A stretch of DNA of 64,000 nt. It comes from Octopus sinensis. Taxonomy: Eukaryota. Positions 13,147 to 25,409 of this stretch are shown here, one piece after another. Both the position numbers and the translations under genes were made by a program. The stretch is from positions 142,724,001-142,788,000 of the forward strand of contig NC_042997.1 in assembly GCF_006345805.1 (NCBI RefSeq), read 5' to 3'. Position 1 is the first letter of the stretch, and each line of letters opens with the position of its first letter. A model generated the notes under the pieces. The model saw only the letters and a list, made by a program, of their open reading frames with translations, had not been told where the DNA came from and did no database searches.

Positions 13147-13540
13147 GTATAATTATGTAATTATATTATAAAAATGTGAATAATTTTTTAAATATCTGCC
13201 ATGAATTGCAACCTTTTACATTCCAATTTCAAATTACGTCACAAGAAATTTTACCTTTCATCCCTCCAGAGTTGATAAAATAAAGTACCAGTCAGATACT
13301 GTTTCATTGCGGTTGACTATACTCCACCCTAAGCATGTATGCCCTTGGACCTATGATTCCGCTAATATTTAAGTACTTAAAGGTTGGGAGGGTCTTAATC
13401 AGCAAAGTATTAGGACATTTTTAGTTATGTCCCTTTACATATTGAGTTCTCTAGGATGAGTTTTTTCCAACAAAAGCACAGAGTAAAATGTGGAGGAAGG
13501 AGTTAGTCAATTAAACTGACTCCAGAACTTCACTGGAACT

Positions 13541-13747
13541 TTTTTACTTGTTTCAGTCATGTGACTGTGGGTATGCTGGAGCACTACCTTTAGTCGAGCA
13601 AATGAACCCTAGGACTTATTCTTTGTAAGCCTAGTACTTATTCTATCGGTCTTTTTGTCAAACCGCTAAGTTACTGGGACGTAAACACACCAGCATCGGT
13701 TGTCAAGCGATGTTGGTGGGGGGGGACAAACATATACACACACACAT

Positions 13748-13815
<68 letters not shown>

Positions 13816-14175
13816 CATCATCATCATCATCATCATCATTTAGCGTCCGTTTTCCATGCTAGCATGGGTTGGACGGTTCTACTGGGGTCTGTGAAGCCAG
13901 AAGGCTTCATCAGGCCCAGTCAAATCTGGCAGTGTTTCTACGGCTGGATGCCCTTCCTAACGCCATATATATATATGTGTGTATATATATATATATACAC
14001 ACATATAAACAACAGGCTTCTTTCAGTTTTGATCTACCAAATCCGCTCACAAGGCTTTGGTCAGCCCGAGGCTATAGTAGAAGACACTTGCCCAAGGTGC
14101 CACTTAGTGGGACTGAACTCGGAACCATGTGGTTCATAAGCAAGCTACTTACCATACAGCCACTCCTACGCCTAT
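13541..14175 (-). mobile_element. CORE-type SINE interrupted by an RTE-tail insertion at 13815-13965
   Basis: The 3' half (13541-13730) and 5' half (14010-14175) match the 59.3-kb copy. The intervening microsatellite contains the reverse-complemented (TGA)n-tail element. Confidence 0.85.
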
Positions 14176-16689
14176 AAACTTTGACCTTTTTGACACTTGA
14201 AGGAGGAAATACAGAGTTGGCCTCAACAGGATGTGAGCTCAGAATATAAAGAGCTGGAAGAAATATCACTAAAGCATTTTTTCTGATGCTACAATGATTC
14301 TGTTAAGCTATGCTCTTCTTAACTAAAATGCTCTTCTTAACTAAAAAATAATCCTTTATAATTTTGGCTCAAGGCCAGCAATTTTAGTGGGAAGGTGTTT
14401 GTTGATTATATCAATCTCAGTGCTCAACTGGTACTTATTTTATCAACCCCAAAAGGGTGGAAGGCAAAGTCAAACTTGACGGGATTTGTATTCAGAATGC
14501 AAAGAGCCAAAATGCTGCTAGGTATTTTGCCTGACTCACCAATGATTCTGCCAGCTCACTACTTTAAACTAAAAGATTATGATATAACACTTGAACTGCA
14601 ATTAATTCATTTGGCGAAACACTTTACTATTAGCAAGTGTCTTTGTGTTAATACAAGAAGTCAATATTTAACTTGTAGTAAATATCACCCTATTCTATTT
14701 TCTCTCTTTTTCCAAACCTGACTGCAATCCTTTGTACAGAGTTGATATCTATTAATATCTATGGCTCAGTAATTAATTCTCAGCAGTGGCCTCTACTTCC
14801 TGCTTTTGATTGTCAGTCAGACTACCTTCACTTATTCTGTTAATGAAATTAGTAAATATGTGAACACCACAACATCTCATTTTCTGTCTTTTGTAATTTT
14901 GAGGCTTCACTCCAAGAATATTGTTTAGTACCAATTTCTGCTACTTGTTACCTTCAAGTGACTTTGTAAAAATTTCCAATACTTGTTTCCCATCTTTTCT
15001 GTCATATATTTTCATACCAATACTTAGATAATGCCATACCTTCTACAGTAATAGCCACAGGTAGTCAGTCCTATCTGGCAGACACAGCACTAACTAACTT
15101 ACTTTTTGTTTTGTTAATGTCTGTAAATATCTTAAACATTTGGGGGTCAAGATAAGCTATTTATTTTATTTAGTTTAACCCCAAATCCTTAACCAGAGAT
15201 AGTTTATTTATATCATTCATTCATTTGTTCATTTAATATGTTTTTTTATGCTAACATAGGTTAGTGAGAAGTTATTCAAGACAGAATGATTTTACAAGAG
15301 GATGCTCTTCCCATTGCCAACCCTAAACCTGTTTTTCAGTTAAGGGATTTTAATATTTCATCTGGCTAAGCAAGCCAGCAGGGTGGCATCATTTGAAGGC
15401 TAAAACAATGTGAAACGCATTGTGACCAGCGATGTGTAGCAACATCTGATAGCCTGGTCAGTCACGGTGATGGTGAATATTTCATAGCTTTTCAAAAGCA
15501 CAGAGTGACAGGTCATAATGTCAGCAGGAATGTCAACACTGACACCACTGTCCTCTCAAGGTAACAAGAGAAATACATACCTGCAAATGCACACCTACAT
15601 TTATATTTACACAAGGGGCTTTATACAGAGCCTGTCCACCAAATTCACTCATAGGGTATTGCTCAGCTCCAGGCAATAGTAAAAAGCACTCAGAAATCAT
15701 GTGACTGTGAAGCATTTTCAGGTTCTTAGCCACTTTTTGTATGTTTGATTTTTGTGGTTATAGGAAAATCTAAGAGAAATGAACATGTTCATCCTCTGTT
15801 ACATATCGACTAATCCTAACCCATAGCTGTTTTAGGGAGTCAACAATTAATCAGAACTGAAACCAAGGAGAATGATTTAATGTTAATATTGTTAATTGGC
15901 TTTGGTTAGTTCTGTCAAAACTGTAACCAATTAAATATTTTGGGGTGATCCATAAATCTTAGACTTCAAATATAGCAATCCCTTATCTCAGAAATGCATG
16001 GGAGTTTCTTCATAGTTGCTTGATTCACTGAAAATGCAGCCAAATCCCCCTCAAGTCACACCCTTCAATCTTTAATATAAAGACACATCTGATGTAGTTG
16101 TAGATGTATTATGTCATGTTTTTATAAAAGATAGGATGGTTATTACTAGAATGCTCTTGATCATAAGTCTCCTGGATCAGATCACACCAAGGGTTAAACA
16201 CTAGCAAACCACAACAATCTTCTATGTGATCTGAAATCACTAAGCTCATATTTCATTGTGTTTGATTTGATAGGGTGCAATGTAGCTAGGATCACTTTGC
16301 AATCAGTTTGCTTCTTCATGTTTCATATTTCCAATGTCTTAGAACAGTGTTTACAATGGAAATTAGCAAGATAGATTATTGATATAGGATAACATAAGAT
16401 TTGAATCTACAGGAATTTGGTATTTGCTAGTAATTTGGTATGTTTCATGCTTATTTCGCCATTTTTGAGATACAGAGTGATCTTAGTGATTTCTGTTGAT
16501 TTGTTGCTAACTGGTACATTAATTTTTTTCCTTTTTACTTTTGAGATTGTGGATGAAAACTGTTCTTAAATAGAATTATGCTATATTAGTTGGGGGTTAT
16601 TTTAGGGGCGGGGGTTTCCTTTTTGCATTTGATGTTATCATAACTTAATATCTACATTTTCATGCTTGCAAGAGTCAGGTGGAATTTGT

Positions 16690-17058
16690 TGTAACAGATT
16701 TTTTAGAGCCAGATTCCTTTTCTGTCACCAGCCCTTACCTGTTTCTGATTAAGCTAATATTTCCCTATGGCCAGACATGTTTTTTCATGGGGGGGACTAG
16801 AAACAAACAACCTCACTAGTATGATGGTGATACTCATTTACAGCCATCATATGATTCTAGCCGAGGGTACACATATACATACACTCAAATACACATATGA
16901 CATATACAACAGGCTTCCTTTAGTTCCTGTCCAATCAAATCTATTCACAAGGCCTTCATTGGCCCAGGACTATAACAGAAGACACTTGTCAACATACCAC
17001 ACAGTGGAACTGAACCTTAGACTACATGGTTTAGAAGTAAACTTCTTAACTACACAGG
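16690..17058 (-). mobile_element. CORE-type SINE subfamily with alternative 3' half
   Basis: Same 5' half as the 59.3-kb copy; a different 3' part is shared with 20320-20702 and 26105-26335. Confidence 0.7.
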
Positions 17059-19110
17059 GATAAATTGATCCTTAGTTATGTTAGAAGAAAAATTAGAACA
17101 TAGCATTAATTAACTATATAGTAATGATAAACACTATTTTCTTGATTTATACAAAACTTATCAGTGTGAATATGAACAAATATGTAAATGTCTGTGTGTT
17201 TGATTGCATATGTGCATATATGTGTACAAGAGTGTTTGTATGACAGCATATATGCATACATGTATATCTGTATACCTATATGCACATATGTACATGTAAC
17301 ATCTCTATGATTGAATGTCTGTGTTGAAAATTTGTCTTAACATTTTATGATTGTTATTGACTCTTCAATTTTCCTAAAATTTCTTTTCTTTTCTTTCATG
17401 ACCTCAAATCTTAACCACTGTATCAAAAGCATATCCAATTTCTCTTATCCTCTTTTGTTTCAGACAACCATTTTATAAAGTATCATTGAAGTTTTTCTTT
17501 CTTTTATTCTACTGACATGTCAATGGCATTTGTTCTTTTATCCAGGAAATATAAGTTGCTTCTGTTGTTGTTTCAGACTTCATGAAAAATAAGTGGGAAA
17601 TTGGTAATATTTTACATAAAACACAAAGAAATTTCATTTCCATTTTAGCACTCAAGGGGATGCGTTTATAAATATAATTTGCATTCCAGTGTTTGCATCT
17701 ACTTCCACTCAGTCAGATATGTTGCTAGGTGGGGTGCATAAATATAAAAGAAAAGTTCATAGATTGGTAGGTTGGAGTGTAAATAGATAGAGAAGTATGT
17801 AGGTAGATAGGTGGATAATAGGATTGGTGGTGGGGGAGATATGTAGATAGATTAGGTACCTTGGTAGACAGATGGATTTATATTTAGATATTCAATATTT
17901 GTTTTGTAAATATGCCAATTTAAAATAAAATTATATATAACAATAAAAGTATAATTCAAAAAATACGTTTTTCTTTCTGCAAGAAGACAAAAGCATTTGT
18001 GTGTAATGCACACTTCCTGTAAATAACATGATCAATACATTTATCATCAAACTCTTTTTTTTCTTCTCCTTTTTATTCATTTATTTATTTATTTACTTTT
18101 ACAAAGAATCAAATGATCAAAAACCAAGGAATATACAATTTATTGAATGTCTGTGTGAATTTAAAACAATTCTACTAAATTCTTTAAGCCTGAAGAAGTT
18201 GAAATAATATTTTCATTTTTTTTTTCTTCCTCATCAAATTTATTTTTTTTAGATTTTGTTTCTATAACCAAAAGGAAGAAAATTTCAAGAAATCATTTCT
18301 CTCTCTCTCTCTCTCTATTCCCCCATGTGTGTTTCTAAGTGAATATGTTATTCATACTTTGTACATTATTGTTATTTCATAGCCATGTCCAACAGAGAAG
18401 TGAGCTTTCCACACCAATCCTAGGTGGAAACAGGTATAGGCTTGGTGCATGCATTTCTTCTTTAATCAAATTTTTCTTTTTAAATATCGTTGTTGTTGCT
18501 GGTATTGTTGTTGTTGTGGTGGTTGTTATTGTCGTTGCTATCACTTGTGATAAATATATATATGTATGTGTGTATATATAAATATATATATATATGTGTA
18601 TATGTATATATATATTATAATTTGCTGCTGCTAATTCCAGTTTCCAATCTGTTCTCTCACACTTTTTCTTTTCATCTAAAAAGAAGGCACATTTGGAAAG
18701 CAATCATCAACAGTTTATGCCATTTCCTTCCCAACAACCACCAACAAATTGATTTGAGAAGCCATTAGATGTGAAAAAAATAGTAAATTAAATAAATACA
18801 CTGAGAAATGAAATACAGATTGGATTTTAAAGTCATGTTTATATTTCTTTTCATAATGATTTTATTTTAATTTTCATTGTTTTTTATATTTTATATTTAT
18901 TTTTAGTTTTTAAAAGAAATCAAAACCAAATCACAATCTTTGATTAAAAATTCTTTTCCACTATTTATATTTTGTTTTTTTCTAATGTATTTTTTGTTTT
19001 ATTGTACTTCCTTTTCAATTTTTTTTTAAATCTCATCTTTCACACTTGCATAAAATCTTTTTTATTTTGTGTTTTTATTTCCTTGTTTTATTTTTATCTT
19101 TCCTTTCTAT

Positions 19111-19154
19111 TTAAACTGTTGACAGAAAAGATTTCAGCTTGCTCTCCTGCAGGA
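19111..19154 (-). CDS. Candidate terminal coding exon, (LQ)ESKLKSFLSTV*; parent gene unidentified
   Basis: Long polypyrimidine tract and tandem CAG acceptors (exon start 19154 or 19146), TAA at 19111-19113, then about 1.2 kb free of recognisable transposons. Inference only. Confidence 0.3.
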
Positions 19155-20319
19155 CTGCAAACATCACATAAAACAAAAACAAACAAAAAAATCTATAAAA
19201 AATTTACATAAAAAAAAAATGACGAAGAACAAATAAGATGTCCAAGTTTTCTTAAAAACATCACTGTTGCTTGATAAATAACATGTTGACTTTTGACATT
19301 CTTGACCTTCTGTTGTTATTTGGTCAATAACTTCTTGACCTTTGACATGACTAACCCTTTAAGAAAGCCTGATAAATATCATGTTGACCCTTTTCTTTAC
19401 ATTAGTGTTTAAGGATAAGTAATTTATGAAATGCCATAGTAACTTTTGACATTAGCTACTGTTGATCATAAATGTTCTATTCATCTATTTTGTCATTTTC
19501 CTTCTCACTCTTTCCAGCATTTATCATCAGTACTATTATGTTATATCTGTTATTCTGTTATATCTGTTATTTTGAGAAGATCCAATCAAATCTGCAGAAA
19601 CGTAGGTGAATATTCTAACTGCATTAACAGCCAGACTTTTTTTTGTTTTGCTGATAAAGTGTAATAATACCAAAACATGTCCAGAGTTTTCACAGCACTA
19701 CTAAAGGTCAGACTTACTCCTTACTGCATTCTATATTTAATTAGTTAAAATACCTTCCATATTTAATTAAAATTTCAGGGCTCTCTCCCTTTCTTCTTTT
19801 TTTTTTTACCAGAATTAGTAATTTAGGTAATAATTATTCTCATCAGTAAGGATATCATTTGAATCAAAATTTCTTGGTTTATTATATAAACTATACTAGC
19901 CCTCACTTAATTCATTATGTTTTCTATCAACTTCTTATCCTGCCTTATTTACACCTGTCAAGCTGTTTACATTGTTCTGATCTAATTTTTTAAATGGTAT
20001 TCTTTTCTGGTCAACTCCTGCACTTTACATTATTCATCCATATATGGGTTTTGTTCTCTTTCTTGTATACAAGAATATAATAAAATCTATTTGTTATCTG
20101 TGCCACATCAACACCATCGTCTGTACCCTCCATACTAGTCCATGTCTTCTACATACCCACCTAAAAATTTTACCTCTTTTTCTCCAAGACACTGCCCAGG
20201 ATTTAATTACCCTTTAAATTCACTTCCTTTCTAAAGAGTGAAGCCTTTACTTAGATGAATTCTGTACAACACTTCTCACTTTTAATTTCCATCATCAATT
20301 ATTGTCCACTTTTCCATGC

Positions 20320-20702
20320 TTTTATGAGTTATACAGAATTTGTTGAGGCAGATTTTCATCGGTTGGATGCCCTTCCTGTTGTCAACCCCCACCTGTTTCC
20401 AAGCAAGGTAATATTTTCCTATAGCTAGACATGTTTTTCCACAGAAGACTGCAAACAGATAACACTGCTTGTATGACGGTGGTGTTCATTTACAGCCATC
20501 TTGTAATGTCTAGACAAAGGTACATACAAATACATATGTGATGGGCTTCTTTCAGTTTCCATCTACCAAATCCACTCCCAAAGCTTTTGTCAGCCTGGAA
20601 CTATAGTAGAAGACACTTACCCAATGTGCCATGCACTGGAATTGAACCCGAAATCATGTGGTTGAAAGCAAGCTTCTTAACCTCATAGCCATGCCTGCAT
20701 CT
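20320..20702 (-). mobile_element. CORE-type SINE subfamily copy
   Basis: GGATGCCCTTCCTGTTGTCAACC...GAAGACACTTACCCAATGTGCC...ATAGCCATGCCTGCA. Confidence 0.8.
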
Positions 20703-21440
20703 GTGATTTAATAGAATTTATCAATTTGCTTTTGTTGTTAATTAGCCTTGCTCAGCCTTAATTCAGTAGACCAATGATCAAAGACATTCTAACCATGACT
20801 GTCCTGTCTTTTTTCCAGATATAGTGTAGTACCATAGTTCCATGAACTACATTATCTCATATATCCTCTTTTTAAAACAATAGAGTATAAATTGAAGTGA
20901 ATTTAGTTGTTATTTCTAGCTGTTCAACTGAATATGAAGGCTCCATTCTTATTTGTGTGGCTAACTCTGCTGTTGTTTCCTTAATTATATGTCTTCAATT
21001 ATAGATTTTTTTTAACCACTTTGTCATTATATTTTCTTTTATATCAAAATATCATACCCCATGATTGCCCCGGTCCACACTTTAGAAGTTTGTCCATCTC
21101 TAAATTCACATCTATTATTGTAAACATATTCCAGCCTTGACCCTGTTTATGTGGTAGATGAGTACTTTCTTTCATTGTGACACTCTCCACACTCCACTCA
21201 CCACTAAACCCTAAAATGAAAAAATAACCCCTTCCTGTCTTGCTATGAAGCTTCATGTAAGCAAAGGGCACATCCTATAAAATTTAGAGGCAGTTGAAAA
21301 CCACTGAATTTACCATCTTCTAAACATACATAACTGGTGACATTTAAGTTTCTTTAAGTACCCAATATCCTACCTTTGGGAATGATTGTTGCTTTTTTTT
21401 TTTTTTTTTGTTATGTCAAGAGGCTTTCAAATATGACTGA

Positions 21441-22046
21441 ACTGAGGGCTGTCATTCTTTCATCATGGTAGTTGTTGTTTATCCCTGGGACTGCCCTAAT
21501 CAAGTAGACTATAATCAAAAGTATTCCACCTATGACCATACCATGTATTTTAGTTCTTTGACAAATGAATTGCACCCAGTTATAATAAGTCTTCATTTCT
21601 GCTACTCTTCAACTTATATAGCTGTTAGTATTAATCTGCAGTCAAACACTACCTTTCCTGTCGTTTTTGTATCAAATTTCACTCTACATAAAAACAACAG
21701 ATGCTATTTGAGCTATAGGGACTCTAAAGAGTTCCTGCCACCTCATTCTTCCCATTATTTATGTTATCAATATTCTCCTTCATTACCAAACATTTTCCAA
21801 TCCCTTAATGCCACTTACATTATACTGTTTATAAGAAACTTAGATTTAAATGTCAAGATCTGTTTCAGAATGCCTAACTCAGTTATCTTCTTTAGAAACC
21901 AAGATAGTATATCAATATGTAAGTATTATTACTCAAGCTTTACATTTAATTCTTTAAAAATGTCTTGGAATATATTCTCTAGTATTATTGTGAACAAATT
22001 TAGATTGACTAAATTTATACAGTTTATACTTCTCAAGGATGTCTAA
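21441..22046 (+). CDS. Stop-free frame of about 200 codons, likely a real or recently decayed exon; possibly the pre-GPS region of a PKD1-like protein
   Basis: No stop from 21441 to TAA at 22044-22046 in non-repetitive AT-rich DNA, with a strong donor T/GTAAGT at 21919. The family guess rests on loose similarity (LPP...NATYIILFIR). Confidence 0.4.
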   Translation, partial: TEGCHSFIMVVVVYPWDCPNQVDYNQKYSTYDHTMYFSSLTNELHPVIISLHFCYSSTYIAVSINLQSNTTFPVVFVSNFTLHKNNRCYLSYRDSKEFLPPHSSHYLCYQYSPSLPNIFQSLNATYIILFIRNLDLNVKICFRMPNSVIFFRNQDSISICKYYYSSFTFNSLKMSWNIFSSIIVNKFRLTKFIQFILLKDV

Positions 22047-22088
22047 CATTCTGCTCAGGAATGTGTAATAGCATTATTTTCTTTTATG

Positions 22089-22157
<69 letters not shown>

Positions 22158-22244
22158 ATATATATTATATATTATATATATTGGAGCAGTATACTTTTCC
22201 ACAGCTTTGCTGTTTATTTCTTGGTTACTTGATTTTCCTTACAG

Positions 22245-24803
22245 TACATTAACTTGCCACCCAGCTATTCTGACCAATCACAGTGTGCTGACAGTTGGCA
22301 ATGTTTAAGTGTACAAAAATACAACCAGCTGTCACTTGCAACTGAATATGGCTTGGTTATATGTTCTGTATTTAAGCCAATTGTTTCAAGTGCCTATGTA
22401 GTCACAAGCAGACATAGATACTCTCTAATTTCCACACCCTTGATCCAGTAGTACACCCAGGATGTGACAGCTAGAGGAGGAAGGGTGCAACACCAGCAAC
22501 CAGCTGGTACTCATTTACAGCTAAATAAACTGAAGCAATAAGAAAATTATTTTGCTCATGGACACAGTACAACACTTGGTCCAGAAACTGAATTCACAAA
22601 CTTAAAAGTATAAACCACTTTTATTTCACAAAGAATAGAATAATCAACTATCCTTACCTTTATCAATATAGTCATGCCAACGCAAGAGTCTCTTTAAAGT
22701 GTATTGTTAAAAAATAGAAGAATTAAAGAATAGAAAATCTCTCAGACTTAATTTTGCAAGGATATTGTTAGAAAACAATAAACTGCTAAACAAGATTCTG
22801 ATATACCATGCAATAGCCAGAATCCCAAATCATTTTAGGTGAACTTTGACAAACCTAGCTAATTGAGTGATTGAACAATTAATCAAACAATTGAGTGGTT
22901 AATTGGCTAAATGTTAATGAAAAGAAGTAAAACTGGACCAGTGCATGTGTTTATTGTTGGCATAATGACCCTCCTGTGGTATAATAAAATCTGCTTCAAT
23001 GTAAGTTCACATCAAGAATCTTGCAAACCAAATAGAAAAATGAAATAAAAATTAGTATTTTACTTTTAATATCTTCTAAACATTCCTTTAGTTTGCTTAG
23101 ATCAGTTTGAATGATTTTTCTTATTTTGTTTGTTTCTGTCTAATTCAACGGCAAAAGAAATAAACTGAAAATGTTCTTAGAGCACCTATGATGGAAATAT
23201 CTCGTTTTAAGCTCACCAACAAATGAATCAAGCATAAGAAAATTAATGAGGGAAAGCAATAAGGGAATACAAAACATATTGTCCAAAATTTTGAATATCA
23301 CCTGTATTGACCAAACTATCAAATGTTATACACTGCTGTTATACACTTCCAATTTTTCTTTGATTGCATGCTTCTTTTCCATCTTGGCTAAAATTATTTT
23401 AACTAAACCATCTTCATATCATCATTAAGGTCTTTTGAGTGGTCTATTTTGATTTCTTCGATGCTGTTTGGCAACTGCACAGCTCCACTTGTCATCTATG
23501 AATCTTAATTTTTAATATAATTCCTGCTAATTCTAGACCTTTGAACCTTTATTGTGAAATAGTATTTATTTTGTGAAAGAAACTTTATACATTCAAGACT
23601 GTCAGCAATTATTATATTACAAATCCTTTTTTAAAGTCTTATTTTCATTTGGACACTGGACCAATGATATTAAGACAATAGCCTTAGTACCATTGAATAT
23701 CTGAGCTATTTAATCTTTCTTTGTATATGTGACAGTTGAAATACTGACCCTGAAAAAGTTAATGTATATATTCACTTATTTATTGATTTGTAGCATATAT
23801 GATACTAAATAAGAAATTTGGTTCCAAAAGAACAAAAAGCTTAGTCTCTAGCAAACCTGCTATTTCTTTGATATAGTGCAAATTTGTGTGTGTAATATAT
23901 GTGTGTGTGTGTGTGTATATATATATATGTTTATTTCTAATCTCAGGATAATAACACTCTGATTCACTAATCTGCAGATGCATGCATATATCCTGGTATA
24001 AGTTATCTGATGATGGTTGGAGATCAGGCCTATCAAAATATTGTATTTATATAAATATTACAAGAATTGTTTCATTTCTGTGGATGAAGTTAATAGTCCA
24101 ACACGTTATTTCTTATATTGGAAGCATTACTTAAGTTTGCTATTTTTATTAAGACATTTCCTTAATTGTCCTTTATATTATATTTGTAAAAAATTCCTAA
24201 ATATGATCAGTTTTTAGATCTTTTGTATCTTGTGGAAGGGATAATTATTAGTGCCATTTGTTTATTGCCATTCTTTTATGGTTAAAATTCCTGAGAATTA
24301 TATATTATATGGATGATATCATCATTTATGGATTTAAAATATTGTTATTTCTGTTACTTTCAGTACCAACAAATGGCTTTGTTTATAATTTGTTATTTAT
24401 AACAATTCCATGGCTAATTTTTTCTTTCTTTTGTATGATTCTGCCAAGCTTGGTCTTGTATTCTGCAGTGCAATATGCTACAATGGCTCAGTATTGTAAA
24501 TGCATGGTCACCTAGTGAAAAAGTTTTGCATTTATATGTCCCTTGCAACAGTTTGAGTCAAGGAGTTTACGACTTCCGTATTTACTTTAGAATGTGTTTA
24601 TCATCACTGGTTATTTAGAGTATGGTCTGTGTTTTACAGGCTTATGGTTTCATGTTGAAGAGGATGTTTTCTTTTCATTCTGGTAAATCTGTAATATATT
24701 ATTACTTTTACAATTAGATATGAATAATACAGTTTTATGGGAGCATTTTATAAAGTATCTTTTCTATAAGTACATTTTTGTTCATGTGGTAACTTTTATA
24801 TAT

Positions 24804-24835
<32 letters not shown>

Positions 24836-25160
24836 GCTTATTTGATTCTACTGGATATTGTATTTTTTATATATGTGAAAATGAATTTGTTTCTATAATA
24901 TTCTATGGCTTAGTCTACTAACATGTTTAAGTATCTGCTTCTCACTAATGGTTTGTTTAATTATTTTGATTTCATTTTGTAAAATGTCTTTTGTGGATGA
25001 GAACCTAAAAGCTCTTATCAAGAGGGATTTTGATCCAGATATTTCACTAATAGACGTATAATAAAGTATATTTATAATTCAAAGTTCCTTTAGTATTAAA
25101 CTTAACTTTTTCAAACTTAGGACTATTTGCTAAGACTAAAGGGATCAATGAAGAGAAATA
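22245..25160 (+). pseudogene. Decayed polycystin/TRPP-like channel segments (locus A)
   Basis: Colinear weak matches to remembered PKD2/PKD1L motifs: FFVYVTVEILTLKK (S2, ~23.72 kb), LSKYCIYINITR (S3, ~24.04 kb), LLWLKFLRII...GF (S4-S5, 24.26-24.45 kb), LISFCKMSFVDE...DISLIDV (S6/C-tail, 24.9-25.06 kb). Requires frameshifts and stops. Confidence 0.35.
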
Positions 25161-25378
25161 ATATAAGATGACCTACTTAACATACTTTAAAAGTTATATA
25201 CTATATGAATACTAAGTTTTATTATATCTATATGTGTGTGTATCATCACCATCATTTTTACTTTCATTTTTCTATGCTGTCATGTCCTAGAAGAAAGTTG
25301 TTGAGGCAGATTTTCAATGGCTTTATGCTCTTCGTGACACCAAACTTTATTCATTCCTGTTGATATATATACATACAT

Positions 25379-25409
<31 letters not shown>

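Noticed and set aside
15533-15733. Minus ORF with a strong CAG/GTATGT donor
   Set aside because: Short, with a weak acceptor, no recognisable homology and no partner exon.
22659-22854. Minus-strand exon shape (CTAG acceptor, AAG/GTAAGG donor)
   Set aside because: All three frames contain stops (the best has two) and there is no recognisable product.
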